Source: Octopus sinensis (Eukaryota). Taken from it: a stretch of 64,000 bases of DNA. Within the stretch, counting starts at the first letter, position 1. The number at the start of each line of letters is the position of its first letter. The position numbers and the translations under genes are program-made. The notes beneath the pieces are model-generated. The model made no database searches. It was not told the origin of the DNA and was given only the letters and a program-made list of their open reading frames with translations. This document shows, one piece after another, positions 63,655 through 64,000 of the stretch. Location: positions 1-64,000 of the forward strand of contig NW_021835991.1 of assembly GCF_006345805.1 (NCBI RefSeq), given 5' to 3'.

Positions 63655-64000
63655 GATTTCTTTATTTAACTAATTTATTTTACTTTTAAATTTGTTATTT
63701 TTTGTGTAAAATAGTCGTGTGATTTTGGGTTGTTCTTTGTCTTGAAATTTCAGTTTAGTGGTCAGTTTTTTTATTTAAATCAAATTTTTATTTATGTGTG
63801 AATGGGTAGAAATAATTCAACCAATTTTAAATTAAGAGTCACGTCTGTTTTATGACAATTAATTACAGTCAAACGTCTAATTTATCGAGTTTTTAGATTT
63901 ATAAAAATCATCTTTTCTAAACTAGTTTAAGTAATACTTTATTTATTAAGAAAATCTTACAGAAAGATTGTTTGCAGTTTGATTTGTTTAATAATGACAG

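Overview
This is eukaryotic (animal-like), very AT-rich genomic DNA, not prokaryotic. Most of the window is nested, decayed transposable elements: non-LTR retrotransposons of several clades, hAT, Tc1, pogo/Tigger, Merlin and Ginger-like integrase DNA transposons. Four apparently intact host genes can be rebuilt by hand: DKC1 (23600-25320, -), TSR2 (25599-26164, -), a DRAM/TMEM150-family gene (27238-28187, +) and Rab2 (62778-63654, +). Almost all their spliceosomal introns are only 23-34 nt, and two are GC-AG. This micro-intron regime plus a class A GPCR remnant suggests a reduced parasitic animal such as a dicyemid mesozoan or myxozoan (inference, not established here). Main highlights: (1) a 4.66-kb Tc1 element with TIRs and TA flanks (17192-21854) whose transposase middle is replaced by about 3.3 kb of cargo, including an intron-retaining, twice-deleted SMC2 fragment and a GPCR pseudogene; (2) a near-intact Ginger-like transposon (43163-44959) whose integrase gene has five host-sized micro-introns; (3) two TGT...ACA elements with the same TAATA 5-bp TSD, one carrying a degenerate TTAGGG tract; (4) an intragenic duplication in the DRAM-like gene that adds an in-frame exon and intron. 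All alignments and translations were done by eye; coordinates of decayed fragments are approximate.
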